Positions 9,399-18,263 of a DNA stretch of 64,000 bases are shown in pieces; the stretch's first letter is position 1; each line of letters opens with the position of its first letter. Made by a program: the position numbers and the translations under genes. Below the pieces are notes generated by a model, which was given only the letters and a program-made list of their open reading frames with translations, was not told the DNA's origin and searched no databases. The DNA is from a virus. Taxonomy: Duplodnaviria > Caudoviricetes. The stretch is taken from positions 1 to 64,000 of IMG/VR virus record IMGVR_UViG_3300025154_000071; one strand, given 5' to 3'.

Positions 9399-9743
9399 AT
9401 GGCTCCAGAACAATTTGCACCATTTATTGAATACGGCTCTAAGGCAGGAACAGCGATAAGTTTTGTATTTATCATGTATCTGCTTTATTCTGCATTTCAG
9501 GTATTCAAAATATTCATAGAAAAACACTTTGAACATGTTACTAAATTAGAACAGATTATTTCTGATAACGAAAAGAATAGCGACACCGCAATCCAGGCGC
9601 TTACTCAAACAATAAGTACATTAAATAGCACAATACAGTTGAATAATCAAAGTATGTTGCAAGCTTTATCAGAGTTTAAAACGATGAATACAGCAGTAGC
9701 GGAGATTAAACAAGCAACAAGTCGCTGTGGTTTAAAAGATTAA
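9399..9743 (+). CDS. Holin-like (BhlA-type) TM plus coiled-coil protein
   Basis: N-terminal TM followed by heptad-rich coiled coil. Confidence 0.45.
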   Translation: MAPEQFAPFIEYGSKAGTAISFVFIMYLLYSAFQVFKIFIEKHFEHVTKLEQIISDNEKNSDTAIQALTQTISTLNSTIQLNNQSMLQALSEFKTMNTAVAEIKQATSRCGLKD

Positions 9744-9745
9744 TA

Positions 9746-10243
9746 ATGGAGGCTGACATGACATCTGAAACAAAGAGATTAATACAAACATTAAACGATA
9801 ATGCAGATCGTAACTTAGCAGAACAGCTTGTTAATATTGATTCATCGCGTAAGTATGTGTTATTTGCAGATGATAACCCTGCAGTATTATCTTTGATGTC
9901 TGTGTTTATGCAGAGTCATGGCTTAAATAACTTTATCTTATCAGAAAATATTAATAGCGCAATGTCAGTTATAACAAGGTTAAATGGAGGATTTCATCAT
10001 ATAGTTGGTATAGCAGTGTTAGATATTGACTTCGGTGTAATGGGCGGCAATATTAATGATTTAATTAAGATACTTATCAAGAAAGATGTTCCTGTAATCG
10101 TATACTCAGCGATGAAGCATTGGCAAAAATATATATTACCAGAGTTTATCGGACAAGTATCATTTATTCAAAAGGGAAGTAAGAACGAATTAATTGACAT
10201 ATACCAAAAGGTAGTAGAATCGATAGGACTATCAGCTAAATAA
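9746..10243 (+). CDS. Stand-alone response-regulator receiver (REC) domain protein
   Basis: VLFADDN acidic pocket, AVLDIDFG phospho-acceptor Asp, PVIVYSA Ser, FIQKG Lys. Confidence 0.8.
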   Translation: MEADMTSETKRLIQTLNDNADRNLAEQLVNIDSSRKYVLFADDNPAVLSLMSVFMQSHGLNNFILSENINSAMSVITRLNGGFHHIVGIAVLDIDFGVMGGNINDLIKILIKKDVPVIVYSAMKHWQKYILPEFIGQVSFIQKGSKNELIDIYQKVVESIGLSAK

Positions 10244-10262
10244 ACCGTAAAGGGGCAAACGT

Positions 10263-10658
10263 ATGACAGATGTAATTATTCCTAAATTCTTAAGCTGTCT
10301 TAAATGCGGAAGATCATTCGAACAACACAGATATTTTTTTGAAGATTATAAAGAGAGAATTTGCAGATATTGCAAGCAAGGATTAGAGCCAGACGATACC
10401 AGAGATTTTTACTTAAGCACAGACGCTGATATCGAAAAGAGAATAAAGAAGTTTGAAAAAGAACAGGAAGAGCAATCTCGCACTGTTGATGCGATAATAG
10501 AAACCAAAATAGAGCAGTCAAATGACATATTATCAAAAGCATTAGCAGAGAAGAAAAGCAAGAGGAAAACAAGCGCTATGGTGATTGATGATTGCCTGAT
10601 TAAAGCAGCAGATGTAGAGGCTAAGATTAAATTAAAAAAGGGGCGCAAAAGAATATGA
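10263..10658 (+). CDS. Hypothetical Zn-finger protein
   Basis: CLKC...CRYC followed by a charged helical tail. Confidence 0.6.
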   Translation: MTDVIIPKFLSCLKCGRSFEQHRYFFEDYKERICRYCKQGLEPDDTRDFYLSTDADIEKRIKKFEKEQEEQSRTVDAIIETKIEQSNDILSKALAEKKSKRKTSAMVIDDCLIKAADVEAKIKLKKGRKRI

Positions 10659-11431
10659 TTTTGCTTAAAGAGAACATATTAAAGCTAAAAACGAATGAAT
10701 GCTATATATTTCCATGTTACGACTGGCACGTAGGGGAACACGCTTGCGACGTTAACTTTATAAAGCGATACATCAAAAAAGTATTAGCAACAAAAAATGC
10801 TTATGTGATCCTTGGCGGTGATTTGCTTGATACAACGATTTATGGTTCTGTCGGAAATGTCCATGAGCAAAAGCATTATATGAATGAACAGAAAGAAATC
10901 GTATTAGATCTATTAACACCGATTAAAGATAAAATTATTGGCGCAGTTCAAGGAAATCACTGCGCAAGGATGCCAAAATTTACTACGTTTGATATAATGA
11001 GAGATATTTGTAGAGAACTTGACATAGATTATTGGGGGGAAGAGAAACAATTTGCTGTTCAATTGGCTAAATCATCATTAATCCGATTCTTTATTCACCA
11101 TGGCGTGGGTGCTGGCGCAACTGACGGTGGCGCTGCGAATGCAATGGTGAAATTGCATTGGTCGGCGCCTTTTTCGGACGCAATTTTAAGCGGGCATACG
11201 CATAAATTGATATCATTCCCCAAAGAGTTGTGGTATTTAAATAGCAACGGCAAAGAAACGCGAAAGAATCAATGGTTTATTTGCTGTGGAACGGCCCTTG
11301 GACGGGCTAAATATGCTCAATCAAAGGCATATCCTCCCGCGCCAATCGGCCATCAGATTATAAAAATTAAGAGAAGCAATGGTAATAAAAACAACATAGG
11401 ATATGAAATAACAACTGAATTGTTTATGTAG
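10655..11431 (+). CDS. Calcineurin-like metallophosphoesterase
   Basis: DWHVG, GDLLD, GNH, HHG, GHTH motifs. Confidence 0.9.
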   Translation: MILLKENILKLKTNECYIFPCYDWHVGEHACDVNFIKRYIKKVLATKNAYVILGGDLLDTTIYGSVGNVHEQKHYMNEQKEIVLDLLTPIKDKIIGAVQGNHCARMPKFTTFDIMRDICRELDIDYWGEEKQFAVQLAKSSLIRFFIHHGVGAGATDGGAANAMVKLHWSAPFSDAILSGHTHKLISFPKELWYLNSNGKETRKNQWFICCGTALGRAKYAQSKAYPPAPIGHQIIKIKRSNGNKNNIGYEITTELFM

Positions 11432-11947
11432 TTAGTTTAACTGAATTATCTTTTCATTTTGATTACAGACATCATACCATTTTATCTCAAGTTTAAGGGA
11501 TTGTGGCTCTCTTTCCCTATCCCAATCGTATATACGAATAGTTTTGTTATTAATAGAAGGTTTAACCTCTAGTGCAACTATTCCTTTGCCTAAAGCGTGA
11601 ATTAACCCCTTAGGAATTAAATAAGTATCTCCAACTTTAGGAAAGATAATATTACAAAATGGCACAATAGTCTTATTTTGATGAGCATAAAAGTCATTAG
11701 TCGTTCGGGTATATTCTTCTTTTAATCCACCTATTATAAATGCTCCAGGTTCTATATCTAATATCTTCCATATCTCCCAACTGTCCGGATGACTCTGTAT
11801 TGATAAAGGGCCATCTTTGCTATCTAATATTTTGATTTCTATATTAGATTCTCCTGTTAATTTGAGAATCATCTCATTACCCCAAATAGTATCATTGTGC
11901 TCTGTTGATTTAGTTCCAAGACAATCTATTTTTTGTCTGATATCCAT
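11432..11947 (-). CDS. manA: Type I phosphomannose isomerase-like cupin (compact)
   Basis: TIWG, KILD...LSIQSHP, EIW, PKGLIHALGKG..ALEV, TIRIYDWDR. Confidence 0.8.
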   Translation of the reverse strand: MDIRQKIDCLGTKSTEHNDTIWGNEMILKLTGESNIEIKILDSKDGPLSIQSHPDSWEIWKILDIEPGAFIIGGLKEEYTRTTNDFYAHQNKTIVPFCNIIFPKVGDTYLIPKGLIHALGKGIVALEVKPSINNKTIRIYDWDREREPQSLKLEIKWYDVCNQNEKIIQLN

Positions 11948-11952
11948 TATAT

Positions 11953-12195
11953 TTACTCCTTTTTATGCTCTTTTAAATTATTTAAAATATCTTCATCTGT
12001 CTCCCAATCTTGAATATAAAATAAAATATCTCCTTTTGGGTCACATATTATAAGCTCTTCTCTGTCACATTTATATCCATTGCCATCGTCATCATACTCT
12101 GAGTTTTCAGCAAGATTAAGATATATGTTAGATTCTTCAGATAAATTATTGAAGTAAGCTAGCACCTTCATCAATGTACTTATTTTCACTTTCAA
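11953..12195 (-). CDS. Hypothetical acidic protein
   Basis: Co-oriented ORF with GGGAG RBS. Confidence 0.55.
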   Translation of the reverse strand: MKVKISTLMKVLAYFNNLSEESNIYLNLAENSEYDDDGNGYKCDREELIICDPKGDILFYIQDWETDEDILNNLKEHKKE

Positions 12196-12598
12196 TCTCT
12201 CCCTTCATTCCATTGTTTATTAACGCTTGTGTTATCTGTTCAATTAGCTTATGATTGAGCGCCCAATCCATAGGATGAGATTTGCAACGCAGTGCGAAGA
12301 AAACTATATAAGCGCTTTCATCCATATTATTAATCATATCTCCATACTTAACTACTCCATCTTTAGCAAAAATACTTGGGTCATAGAACAGTTTATCAGG
12401 CATTGCGACTTCTGATATCCATCCACACTCGCACCATATAGTGACTTTGTCAAAGCAAACGTTCTTCGTGATGTTTTCTTTTTTTATTGTTTTGTATATC
12501 TCTTTATTCTTATAACTTAACCGCCCGCCGCAGACCAGACAATGTGGAAGCTCTTTGTTAATCGCTTGAAACAACTGCAAGATATGATCTGATGTCAT
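12146..12598 (-). CDS. Hypothetical Zn-ribbon protein
   Basis: CLVCGG...CECG; ATGA overlap with the primase stop. Confidence 0.6.
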   Translation of the reverse strand: MTSDHILQLFQAINKELPHCLVCGGRLSYKNKEIYKTIKKENITKNVCFDKVTIWCECGWISEVAMPDKLFYDPSIFAKDGVVKYGDMINNMDESAYIVFFALRCKSHPMDWALNHKLIEQITQALINNGMKGEIESENKYIDEGASLLQ

Positions 12599-13650
12599 GC
12601 GTACTGCACCTTCTCTAATGTCATTTTGGCCATTAATGCTTCTTCAAAATCTCTGCCATTTTCAAATTCAAGGCCACAGCCGAAACATCTGCCCAAACCA
12701 GATGATATATAAACTGTAAATGATGGTTGTGTTTCTCCATGAAATGGGCAGCAACACCTTAAATACTTGCCACTGATTACTTGTAAATCTAAATGTTTTT
12801 CATATATTGCTATTGAGTCCTGTGCGTTCATATCGTTATATGTGATCGGTTTAAATTGCTCATCAGCTTCCATTTTATTATAATCCTCTGTTTCATGAAA
12901 TGACTTTGTACTTTGCGTTAGTATGTTTGCGATAATATCTTTAAATCCAGTCTTCATTTCAAGATATAGTTGATTGATATCTGTTTTATCGATGCCATTG
13001 TTCGGAAGATTAGCTATGCGAACATCCATATGCCCCTTTCTGCATAACTGATATGCTGTATTCATAGCGCCCTTAAGCCCTGCGCCATTTGGGTCAACAT
13101 CAAACATGATATAAACCCTTTTGATTTTAAGCAGTTTATCCATTAGTGATTTCTTCTTACGATTACAGCCAGCCAAACCAATGGCAGGGAATTTATTCTG
13201 TATCAGCGTATAGCAATCGATGAACCCTTCGGTAAGGATAACATAGGGTATTTTCTTATACAGTATATCCTCGTTTATAAGGGCATCATTAGGCCCAGGT
13301 ATGTTGAGATACTTCCTTGATGACTTATTGCCTAAATCTCGCCCAGAAATGAATACTACGTTCGGGCCAGACTTGGTTGGAAAGACGATTCTATTCTTAA
13401 AGAAATCTTGGTCTTCCCATTCATTGTCATATGCTTTGCGTAATAGGCCGGCGCCGAACATAGTTTCTTCTGAAACGTCTTGAGAGATAAGATGTTGTTT
13501 AAGCCCTCCAGATTTGGGGGCATAGCCTATATCAAAAAAGTCTATTATTTCTTTACTGAGACCCCTATTAAGGAGATACTGTTGCGCGATCTTGTTTTCT
13601 TGCAGTTGTTTTTTATAAAAGCGAATTGCCTCATTTTTTGCGTTTTGCAT
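12595..13650 (-). CDS. dnaG: DnaG-type primase with C-terminal CHC2 zinc finger
   Basis: YL..RGL, IGYAP, F.NRIVFP, GR, KYLN, TEGFIDC, FDVDPNGAG Toprim; CPFHGETQPSF...CFGCG at the C-terminus. Start 13650 follows AAGGAG. Confidence 0.9.
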   Translation of the reverse strand: MQNAKNEAIRFYKKQLQENKIAQQYLLNRGLSKEIIDFFDIGYAPKSGGLKQHLISQDVSEETMFGAGLLRKAYDNEWEDQDFFKNRIVFPTKSGPNVVFISGRDLGNKSSRKYLNIPGPNDALINEDILYKKIPYVILTEGFIDCYTLIQNKFPAIGLAGCNRKKKSLMDKLLKIKRVYIMFDVDPNGAGLKGAMNTAYQLCRKGHMDVRIANLPNNGIDKTDINQLYLEMKTGFKDIIANILTQSTKSFHETEDYNKMEADEQFKPITYNDMNAQDSIAIYEKHLDLQVISGKYLRCCCPFHGETQPSFTVYISSGLGRCFGCGLEFENGRDFEEALMAKMTLEKVQYA

Positions 13651-13937
13651 GCTTGCTGCTCCTTGCAAAGTTTCTCAAATTCAAATAATAAGATTGAAAT
13701 ACATTTTCTCGTGTATTCATTTAATCCGTTATGTTTATTCCCTAAGTCCTGAAAACATGCTCCTGCTGAATTAAGGCTCTTGGTTATATCTTTATTTATA
13801 TCTTCCTGGACTTCCATCCATTTTTTAAGTTCGGCAACATTTATTTCATTATTGATGATAGGTTTATTATAAATTACATCATGAAAAAAATGCAAGGTTG
13901 CTAATATCAAAACTACTACGATTATGAACTCCATCAT
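13545..13937 (-). CDS. Membrane-anchored hypothetical protein
   Basis: N-terminal TM; ATGA overlap; 3' end overlaps the primase. Confidence 0.5.
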   Translation of the reverse strand: MMEFIIVVVLILATLHFFHDVIYNKPIINNEINVAELKKWMEVQEDINKDITKSLNSAGACFQDLGNKHNGLNEYTRKCISILLFEFEKLCKEQQACKTQKMRQFAFIKNNCKKTRSRNSISLIGVSVKK

Positions 13938-15685
13938 TCAGCGTGCTCCTTCGTTCTTGGCTTAAAACAATAACAATAAATATCATATGTTTTGTATTTT
14001 TCTTTTGTTATGACAAATTCACTATCGAGTAAGTTAAGTAAATCATTTTCCAATGGGCTATATGGCAAGGTTAAAGCCATATCAGACGAGTTGATTGCTA
14101 TTGTTCTTTTATTTTCTGACACACTGGCCGGCGAGAATCTATACGATACTACTTTTCCTTTAAATCTATCGATATAGACTTCATCGCTTGCTTCATTATC
14201 ATGCTTCTTCTGATACGTGCCAACAACTAATATGCGACCACCCTTTGTAAGCATTGATTTCATCTTCTTCCATTTAAGTAACTGTTCGGAAAAACTTAAC
14301 TGTTGATATTCATAAGAGCCATAAAATAAGATGATATCGTATTTCATTAGCGGATGCATCGGACCGTTAAATGCAGCCTTCATCTTCCCGAATGGGTTAC
14401 TAAAGAATAATTGATGCCGGCTTAATCCTGTTAAAGCGCCAACATTATCATCGATGTTATTCATTGCTAAGATATTCGGATTTTGATACTCTGATATAAT
14501 TGGCCTAACTAATTTATCATATACTTGCAAACTCAGATCATAGTTAAGATTTAACTTATTTTGAGTGCTATTCAAAACATATTCGTTATCACCAAGCGGA
14601 GCATTCATCATTGCCATTTCTTTAATAGCATATCTTAGTGTTTCTGGTGATGTTGCTATTAAATAATAACCATGGCCCTCTTCATAGATAAGACCCCAAT
14701 TGCTATCAACAATTCCATTCTTTATAGGTTCTACCTTGCGTATCTGGTCGTTCCATAGTTCTTTGTTCGGTAGATATCCGAAAGGGCAAGGCGATACAGT
14801 ATAGCGCGTTAGCATGTAGTTGTATGAAGCATTCCAGTGAACACAGCAACTCATCTTGCCGTAGATTGATTTAAGCGCCACTGCCATTTTAAAGAAGTCC
14901 ATTGAAATATCATAAGCTGATTTAGTTCTGCCTGTTTCGGTCCCAATGTATGCCTCATATATCATGGCAAATGTTTTATTATCTTTCATTTCGGACATCA
15001 TGTATGCTAATTTATTACGATCATAAACCAACAGCGACATATTAAGATTAAAATTATCGATAACATTTTGATATGAATTATAAACATCAACTAATTCATC
15101 TTCTGGAAACTTTTTAGGCTGATATAACTCGACCTCACATTCGATTGCTGTTGTTATTTTAGATATATAGTCAATAGCATTTTCAATGCCATATATTGAA
15201 TGAGTGCTGAAATGGTTATCAGTTACATAGAATTGCTCTGAATCCTGTATAAATCTAAATATAGACATACGAGCATAGAATATATCAATTGAATCGGCAT
15301 TAGCAGCTATTATGTTTTTATATGTCCAATCCGACTCGCCTTCGTTAGATAAGATATCTGTGTTAAACATAACAAACTTCTTAAGGCTTAATCCGGCAAG
15401 TGATGGAGGAATACAGCCATCTGATAATGCTATAATTGTGGCATATTTGCCATAATTAGATTTAACCCAATTCTGCACCACATCCTGATCTTCTGATACT
15501 AATTTGTACTGAGCGCCTTTCTCTTTAAATGCATCATTGAAACATCCAGGCGAAGAGACAATATGAATGACCTCCTTAGGATATTTATTTATTATTGCTT
15601 CTGTTAATTTCTTATCCTCAATGTCTATTAAATGAGAATATTTATGAGGAGTATGGGCTATATAACCGCCGATTATTAAAATCAT
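13934..15685 (-). CDS. Large multidomain protein; C-terminus resembles a class I SAM-methyltransferase fold
   Basis: YDIILF...KSMLTKGGRILVV pattern; remaining domains only weakly recognisable. Confidence 0.4.
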   Translation of the reverse strand: MILIIGGYIAHTPHKYSHLIDIEDKKLTEAIINKYPKEVIHIVSSPGCFNDAFKEKGAQYKLVSEDQDVVQNWVKSNYGKYATIIALSDGCIPPSLAGLSLKKFVMFNTDILSNEGESDWTYKNIIAANADSIDIFYARMSIFRFIQDSEQFYVTDNHFSTHSIYGIENAIDYISKITTAIECEVELYQPKKFPEDELVDVYNSYQNVIDNFNLNMSLLVYDRNKLAYMMSEMKDNKTFAMIYEAYIGTETGRTKSAYDISMDFFKMAVALKSIYGKMSCCVHWNASYNYMLTRYTVSPCPFGYLPNKELWNDQIRKVEPIKNGIVDSNWGLIYEEGHGYYLIATSPETLRYAIKEMAMMNAPLGDNEYVLNSTQNKLNLNYDLSLQVYDKLVRPIISEYQNPNILAMNNIDDNVGALTGLSRHQLFFSNPFGKMKAAFNGPMHPLMKYDIILFYGSYEYQQLSFSEQLLKWKKMKSMLTKGGRILVVGTYQKKHDNEASDEVYIDRFKGKVVSYRFSPASVSENKRTIAINSSDMALTLPYSPLENDLLNLLDSEFVITKEKYKTYDIYCYCFKPRTKEHAE

Positions 15686-15877
15686 TTATTCTCCTTCGTC
15701 CGTCTGTTCGCATTTCTCAACAACAGGATTCGATTTATATTCTATAGTAAACTGGTTTTCACAAGAATAGCAGACTTGTAAACAAAAACATGACTTATCA
15801 TCATTTTCAATTAATTCTGCGTTATGGTTCGGGACTTTACTTTTACAATAAGGGCATTTAATCATAACTTGCACCAT
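15686..15877 (-). CDS. Small Zn-ribbon protein
   Basis: CPYC...CYSC..F.IEY. Confidence 0.6.
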   Translation of the reverse strand: MVQVMIKCPYCKSKVPNHNAELIENDDKSCFCLQVCYSCENQFTIEYKSNPVVEKCEQTDEGE

Positions 15878-15881
15878 CGCT

Positions 15882-16136
15882 TCATAAAATCATTCCATTT
15901 TCTTCTAATGAATCTTCATAATCAAGGCCATAGCCCGTCCAATACAAGCAATATTTACAAGGTCGAGAACATCTATTATAAGGGCCACAACTACAATAAA
16001 CCAAACAACTATTCTCGCATCCAGAACATTCTTTTTTCTCACATTTATCGCACCGTGATGTTAGTTTCTTACATCCATCGGGAGCTGGGTCTGCTTTCTC
16101 TATGTATTCTTTTATTAACTTCCAATGTATTTTCAT
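15882..16136 (-). CDS. Cys-rich small protein
   Basis: About 12 Cys in 84 aa; co-oriented. Confidence 0.55.
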   Translation of the reverse strand: MKIHWKLIKEYIEKADPAPDGCKKLTSRCDKCEKKECSGCENSCLVYCSCGPYNRCSRPCKYCLYWTGYGLDYEDSLEENGMIL

Positions 16137-16137
16137 A

Positions 16138-18255
16138 TTACCACCATGCCTCTTGCCCTATCGTCATTGCGCTAGGTATTATTTTTTCTGCTACTTTATC
16201 TCCAACTATCTCTTTTACTTTATGCTGATTTTTAATCAGATCGTTAATGCTACGAATGCCATTATCCCATAGCATTTTTGACCTTGCGCCACCAATGCCT
16301 TCTACTTTACACAGTTCTAATCTTTCGGGCGGGACTCCATATTTCAAACGAGTTGCCATCATTGACCAGAAATCGACCTGTTGCCATTTCTTAGTTCTAA
16401 CATCAAGCAATGATAGTGCGCTGATTATTCTTTCGCTGTCCATTTTAATCTGTTCAATTGTATTATGAAAGAATTTAACTTTAGATTCCTGCGCTATTGC
16501 TGATTGATACGCATCGCTGTTAAGTATGAGATAATATCCTAACGCTATTTTATCACTACCTTTTTTAAGAGGAACATTGAAGAACTCATATGCCATTGAT
16601 ATTTCTTCCTGAGATATCCATGCCTTTTGTTTAACTTCCCATGTAGGGATATGTGATAAAGCCTGGGAGAACAATAAATCCTGCTGATGTAATGTTAGGT
16701 TATTTTCTTCTTTAACTTTATAGAATATATCGAAATTTTTCTTCCATGCTAACATATCTTCGGGCAGTAAAAAAAATTGCGTAGTTACTATGCCAGTTTG
16801 GGTTACAGTATATGTTTCACCGTCAACATCAAGAATAATACAACCGCATTTCAGTAATCTGTTGAAAACTTCTTTGGCTTCATAATATTCCATTTTTCTT
16901 GTTTGATGGCATGCTAATGTCTTATCATACCATGTAATTAAATCTTCAGGCGTTTTTATTTTCTTATTATAGATTTCTGCTAACACATGAAATGCTAATA
17001 TATCGGCATCTTGGAGTTGTGATATTACTGGCTCACCCTTTTGAATACGCTCAAAGTCTCTTTTAAAGTTCTTTCCGTCTTTAATCAAAATATAAGCATC
17101 GCCAACTTTATCATATTTAGGGCGACCAGCCCTACCTATTTCTTGAATTAAATCTGTAGTTGACACAATACAGTTTGGTCCATGGTTCATATCTGATATT
17201 ATAGTGTTGCGGCTAGGCATATTTATTCCGCTAGCTAAACTTGTAGTGGAAACCATATGTCTAAATTCCTTGGCGCAGAATGAATTATATAGATTAACCC
17301 TCTCTTCCATACTCAAATCTGCTTTGAAAAATTTACTATCGATTCCACTTTCAATACAGGACTTCATCACGTGAGCGCCATATTTTTTTGCACCGACAAA
17401 TGTTAAAAATATTTCATCTGGTTTGCTATTAACTAAATATTTTGTTAATTCAACTTTGGCCTCTTTTTCCGATGTTAAGGGCGAAAACTTAATGTAATGA
17501 CGAGTAATCGTGCATGGACGATATTTGCTTTCAAAAATTAATGTTTCCTTTTTTGTTATATTTGTAATCCATTTCTGTAGGTCAACAATATTTGGAGCTG
17601 TTGCGCTAAACATATAGATATTGGCATCGGGACATAGCTCTGTACTTAATATTAACGCAACCTCAATGCAGTGCCCCCTTGATGTTCCTAAAATATGGCT
17701 TTCATCTATTATTATTGCACCTATATTAAATAGCCATTCATATTCTGGCTTATCCCTTCTTGCCATGCGAGCAACACTATTAAGCATTTCATTGGTTATA
17801 ATTATTATATCGCATGTATTAAGATTTGCCATTGTTGAAGCTGTCTTACTATAGTCGCCAGTTAAGATGCCAACTTTATATTGAGCGAAATCATGCTCTA
17901 AGTCGTTCCAATCTTGTGATTTTTCCTGGGAAAGAGATTTTTGTGGCGATATATAAATCGCCTTTTTGCCTTTAGAGATTGCATAAGCGGCACACGCTTC
18001 TATTACCACAGTTTTGCCACTAGCCGTTGGACTTGATACAACGATATTTTTGTCTTCTACTATATGAGGAATGACCATACTTTGCATAGGATTAAAAAAC
18101 TCATATGGAAATTTCATATATGGAAAGGAACTTGTTGGAATTTTTTCTCCATCAGTAACGGTTTCCTCTGTTTTAGAGTATATAAACGCTTCACTCTGGT
18201 CTAATCCCTCTATTGGCTGCCAAATGATTGATTCTTTTTTTATTTTCTTAACCAT
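16138..18255 (-). CDS. Ski2-like SF2 helicase (Hel308/Hjm type) with C-terminal HhH
   Basis: FNPMQ Q-motif, SPTASGKT, DESH, SAT, STTSLASGINMP, QEIGRAGRP.YD..G, LCKVEGIGGARSKMLWDNGIRSINDL. Confidence 0.9.
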   Translation of the reverse strand: MVKKIKKESIIWQPIEGLDQSEAFIYSKTEETVTDGEKIPTSSFPYMKFPYEFFNPMQSMVIPHIVEDKNIVVSSPTASGKTVVIEACAAYAISKGKKAIYISPQKSLSQEKSQDWNDLEHDFAQYKVGILTGDYSKTASTMANLNTCDIIIITNEMLNSVARMARRDKPEYEWLFNIGAIIIDESHILGTSRGHCIEVALILSTELCPDANIYMFSATAPNIVDLQKWITNITKKETLIFESKYRPCTITRHYIKFSPLTSEKEAKVELTKYLVNSKPDEIFLTFVGAKKYGAHVMKSCIESGIDSKFFKADLSMEERVNLYNSFCAKEFRHMVSTTSLASGINMPSRNTIISDMNHGPNCIVSTTDLIQEIGRAGRPKYDKVGDAYILIKDGKNFKRDFERIQKGEPVISQLQDADILAFHVLAEIYNKKIKTPEDLITWYDKTLACHQTRKMEYYEAKEVFNRLLKCGCIILDVDGETYTVTQTGIVTTQFFLLPEDMLAWKKNFDIFYKVKEENNLTLHQQDLLFSQALSHIPTWEVKQKAWISQEEISMAYEFFNVPLKKGSDKIALGYYLILNSDAYQSAIAQESKVKFFHNTIEQIKMDSERIISALSLLDVRTKKWQQVDFWSMMATRLKYGVPPERLELCKVEGIGGARSKMLWDNGIRSINDLIKNQHKVKEIVGDKVAEKIIPSAMTIGQEAWW

Positions 18256-18263
18256 ATTCGCTC

